Source: a virus (taxonomy: Duplodnaviria > Heunggongvirae > Uroviricota > Caudoviricetes). From it: DNA of 33,537 nucleotides. The position numbers and the translations under genes were made by a program. Position 1 is the stretch's first letter; every line of letters begins with the position of its first letter. Where the stretch lies: IMG/VR virus record IMGVR_UViG_2734482570_000003; one strand, written 5' to 3'. Shown in pieces: positions 31,385 through 33,537 of this stretch. The notes under the pieces are model-generated. The model was not told the origin of the DNA. It saw only the letters and a program-made list of their open reading frames with translations, and searched no databases.

Positions 31385-31407
31385 GGCACCGATAATTCGG
31401 TGCCTTT
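31385..31407. terminator. Hairpin between the convergent ant-type operon and telN (possible bidirectional terminator)
   Basis: GGCACCG-ATAATT-CGGTGCC followed by TTT on the plus strand; T-rich on the other side. Confidence 0.45.
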
Positions 31408-31417
31408 ACCGTATGCT

Positions 31418-33325
31418 TTATCCGAAATATGTCAGCCATGCTAACTGCATTGCTGATATAGGGCTGTTTGCACTGCCGGACCAAGCATAATTCTGGCCAT
31501 TATAATGAAACTCAACAACGTATGAGCCATCACCAATATTTCTCACAGGCTTAAATACCGGCTTAGATACAGGTGAAGAAGGCGCGGGCGGTTGCTGTTC
31601 TTCTACGCTCTCTTCCTCTTCCTCTTCCTCTTCCTCTTCCTCTATCTCAATTTCGTCGTCATCCAGATCGTCATCCTCTGATAATTCATCCGTCTGTTCA
31701 GGTATTGCTTCCAGCTCTTCTTCGTCAGGCATAACGATTTCTGGAGAATCTATTTTCAGCTGCCATTGTCCATTTTCGCCAACAAATTGCCCCAGAGCAT
31801 CAGCAGCAAACTCCAGGTATCGACTAATCATTGTAGGGCTAAATTTGAATGCTCTTAGAGTGCTGTTCGTGATTTTTATAGAGGGGTCCTGCTCTACCAG
31901 CTGCTTAACTGTGTTATGCAGACGAACTCCGGCATCTCCTCTGGCGAATCCTGGCATTTCGTCATCAAGCTGCTGCAATGCTTCCAGCCTGGTATTTTCG
32001 TTTCCAGTATTTGGCCTCCATGTCTTTGAGAAGTTGGCCAGCTTGAATTGCTTATAGTGTAATTGAGTGTTTTCATCGTCATGGCCTAAAATTTCCATAA
32101 AGAAAACATCCTCATCTACGTTTTTCCAACGAGGATCTACGCGGAAAAACATTTCATACGCAATACGGGCATAAATAGCACGACTATCTTTATAAACACG
32201 GCGGTCATCTTTGAAAAATGATTTAACCCACGGGTTAAAAGCCTTTGCTAATATGGCATTAATCCGTCCGTTTTCAGAGCGTGTGTCGTTATCTCCATAA
32301 CCTTTAACGACATCATCAAAATCAGATGCTGCTGGGCATGAGCGAAGTACATTTATTAAATAAACAAATGTTTTTGCTTCGCATAATGTATATATTTTTC
32401 TGGTTATATCATCAGAAGTTCTTTTTTTTGCTTGGCCTAAAAAATCAACGGTATACTTACCAGAAACAGTAAATGTACCTTGATACATAATCTCAATCAT
32501 TCGTCTTCCTGACAATGCAGCAAGTGCAAATGCCAAAGGAGCCATACCTGAACGAGTGTTTAGATTATTTAATGTAGCAGGGCTATTTATAATATCGTAA
32601 ATAGCTTGCATATATTTAGGGTAATCAATGACCACCACGTTACGTTTCTTATTGTGCAGAACGTCTGCCCATCGTTGCTGGATAGATGCGCGTTCGGCAG
32701 GGCTTAGTTGAAGATGATAGAGAATCTCATGGTTAACTTTTAGCTGATTCAACTCCTCAAGTAAGGCAGATCCTTGCTGTAGTAATTTATATAAATAATC
32801 GCGCTTATCTTTCCAGTTATCGCTAGTTAAATCAGAAATGGCGAATTGCCACTCTTTATATTTATTTGATAATTTTAATAACTTATTATGACTTTTGTTA
32901 TCACCAATTCTGATATTAGATAAATCTTCTGATAAAGGGAGAATTAATTTTAATTTTGCCTGTAAAGCTGACATTCTCTGGCGAATATCGGCAGCAGGTA
33001 GAGAAAGCCATGATAATAGCTCCTCATTATATAAAGGATACTTTTCAGATAGGCGATGTATATTTTTTTCAAAGCTATGATGAAGTTTATCATCAAACCG
33101 TTTTCTGGCCCTGCTCATATAGGCATTGAATGTGTTGGCTGTAATTCTTTTTTCTAATCCTTTCCCCCTAAACTTTCGCTTGTCATTAAATAATGCATTT
33201 TTAAATTTTAATGCAACAGCTTTTATTTTTTTTGTTTTTTCCCCTTGAGGACGGTCAGAGTTATCTATTGACTCAACATCGCTAACAAGTGAGTTTATTA
33301 ATTCACCGATTTTTACTTTGCTCAT
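31418..33325 (-). CDS. telN: Protelomerase (telomere resolvase) TelN
   Basis: 635 aa, close to the 631 aa of N15 TelN; long acidic linker; adjacent to the telomere palindrome. Confidence 0.85.
   Translation of the reverse strand: MSKVKIGELINSLVSDVESIDNSDRPQGEKTKKIKAVALKFKNALFNDKRKFRGKGLEKRITANTFNAYMSRARKRFDDKLHHSFEKNIHRLSEKYPLYNEELLSWLSLPAADIRQRMSALQAKLKLILPLSEDLSNIRIGDNKSHNKLLKLSNKYKEWQFAISDLTSDNWKDKRDYLYKLLQQGSALLEELNQLKVNHEILYHLQLSPAERASIQQRWADVLHNKKRNVVVIDYPKYMQAIYDIINSPATLNNLNTRSGMAPLAFALAALSGRRMIEIMYQGTFTVSGKYTVDFLGQAKKRTSDDITRKIYTLCEAKTFVYLINVLRSCPAASDFDDVVKGYGDNDTRSENGRINAILAKAFNPWVKSFFKDDRRVYKDSRAIYARIAYEMFFRVDPRWKNVDEDVFFMEILGHDDENTQLHYKQFKLANFSKTWRPNTGNENTRLEALQQLDDEMPGFARGDAGVRLHNTVKQLVEQDPSIKITNSTLRAFKFSPTMISRYLEFAADALGQFVGENGQWQLKIDSPEIVMPDEEELEAIPEQTDELSEDDDLDDDEIEIEEEEEEEEEEESVEEQQPPAPSSPVSKPVFKPVRNIGDGSYVVEFHYNGQNYAWSGSANSPISAMQLAWLTYFG
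31609..31640 (-). repeat. Hexanucleotide (CTCTTC)n coding repeat giving a poly-Glu tract in TelN
   Basis: Plus strand ctcttcctcttcctcttcctcttcc; encodes EEEEEEEEEEEE. Confidence 0.8.
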
Positions 33326-33415
33326 CTTTCCTCTCCTGATTATCCGCTCGGATTATCGTAACACAATTTGAGAATAAGATAACTAATAACGCGTTAACTT
33401 AGTCACAAACTAACA

Positions 33416-33458
33416 GAACACAATAACGGATAATAAACAAAAACACAATATCGGAACG
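33416..33458. repeat. Direct repeats AACACAATA(A/T)CGGA (two copies) between telN and the telomere site
   Basis: gaacacaataacgga (33416-33430) and aacacaatatcggaa (33441-33455). Confidence 0.4.
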
Positions 33459-33495
33459 CTAAAATTTGTTCCTTGACTTTGTTCTAAAGATCAGC

Positions 33496-33537
33496 ACATA
33501 ATTCCCCATTATACGCGCGTATAATGGGGAATTATGT
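33496..33537. other. Telomere resolution site (telRL/telO-type palindrome), truncated by the window end
   Basis: Perfect 42-bp palindrome ACATAATTCCCCATTATACGCG|CGCGTATAATGGGGAATTATGT, dyad centre between 33516 and 33517, running to the last base of the window. Confidence 0.8.

Noticed and set aside
31601-31645. Short tandem (CTCTTC)n repeat as a possible CRISPR or VNTR element
   Set aside because: It is inside the telN ORF and in frame (poly-Glu linker); no spacer-repeat architecture.
33326-33360. gagcggataa resembling the lac operator core upstream of telN
   Set aside because: Only a partial half-site match with no palindromic partner; most likely coincidental.

Overview
This window reads as roughly two-thirds of an N15-type telomere phage (linear plasmid-prophage) of Enterobacteriaceae, in reverse orientation relative to conventional phage maps. 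All identifications are from reading the ORF translations and the DNA by eye and from remembered family signatures; nothing was searched or computed. Layout: 1-14.5 kb lambda-type tail and head morphogenesis genes (K through Nu1, minus strand); about 14.65 kb an internal cos site; 15.3-16.5 kb lysis cassette (Rz/Rz1, SAR endolysin, pinholin-like holin); 16.6-24.1 kb accessory and early block (orphan DNA methyltransferase, HigB/HigA-like toxin-antitoxin pair on the opposite strand, small winged-helix proteins, DUF551-like paralogues, a DEDDh exonuclease interrupted by one in-frame stop, a Q-like protein, cro-like gene); 24.3-29.2 kb immunity and replication (two operator palindromes, cB-like repressor, 1331-aa RepA primase-helicase); 29.2-31.4 kb small membrane/secreted proteins and an antirepressor-type locus with a candidate small RNA and a truncated Bro-N gene; 31.4-33.3 kb protelomerase telN; the window ends inside the telomere-resolution palindrome. 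Four sopC-like 16-bp palindromes and a second, unassigned palindrome family are dispersed through the window. No tRNA, rRNA, CRISPR array, integrase or transposase was seen. The best candidates for something undescribed are the unassigned palindrome family, the seven-gene uncharacterised block at 19.2-22.3 kb, and the small-protein cluster after repA; none can be assigned a function from sequence alone.
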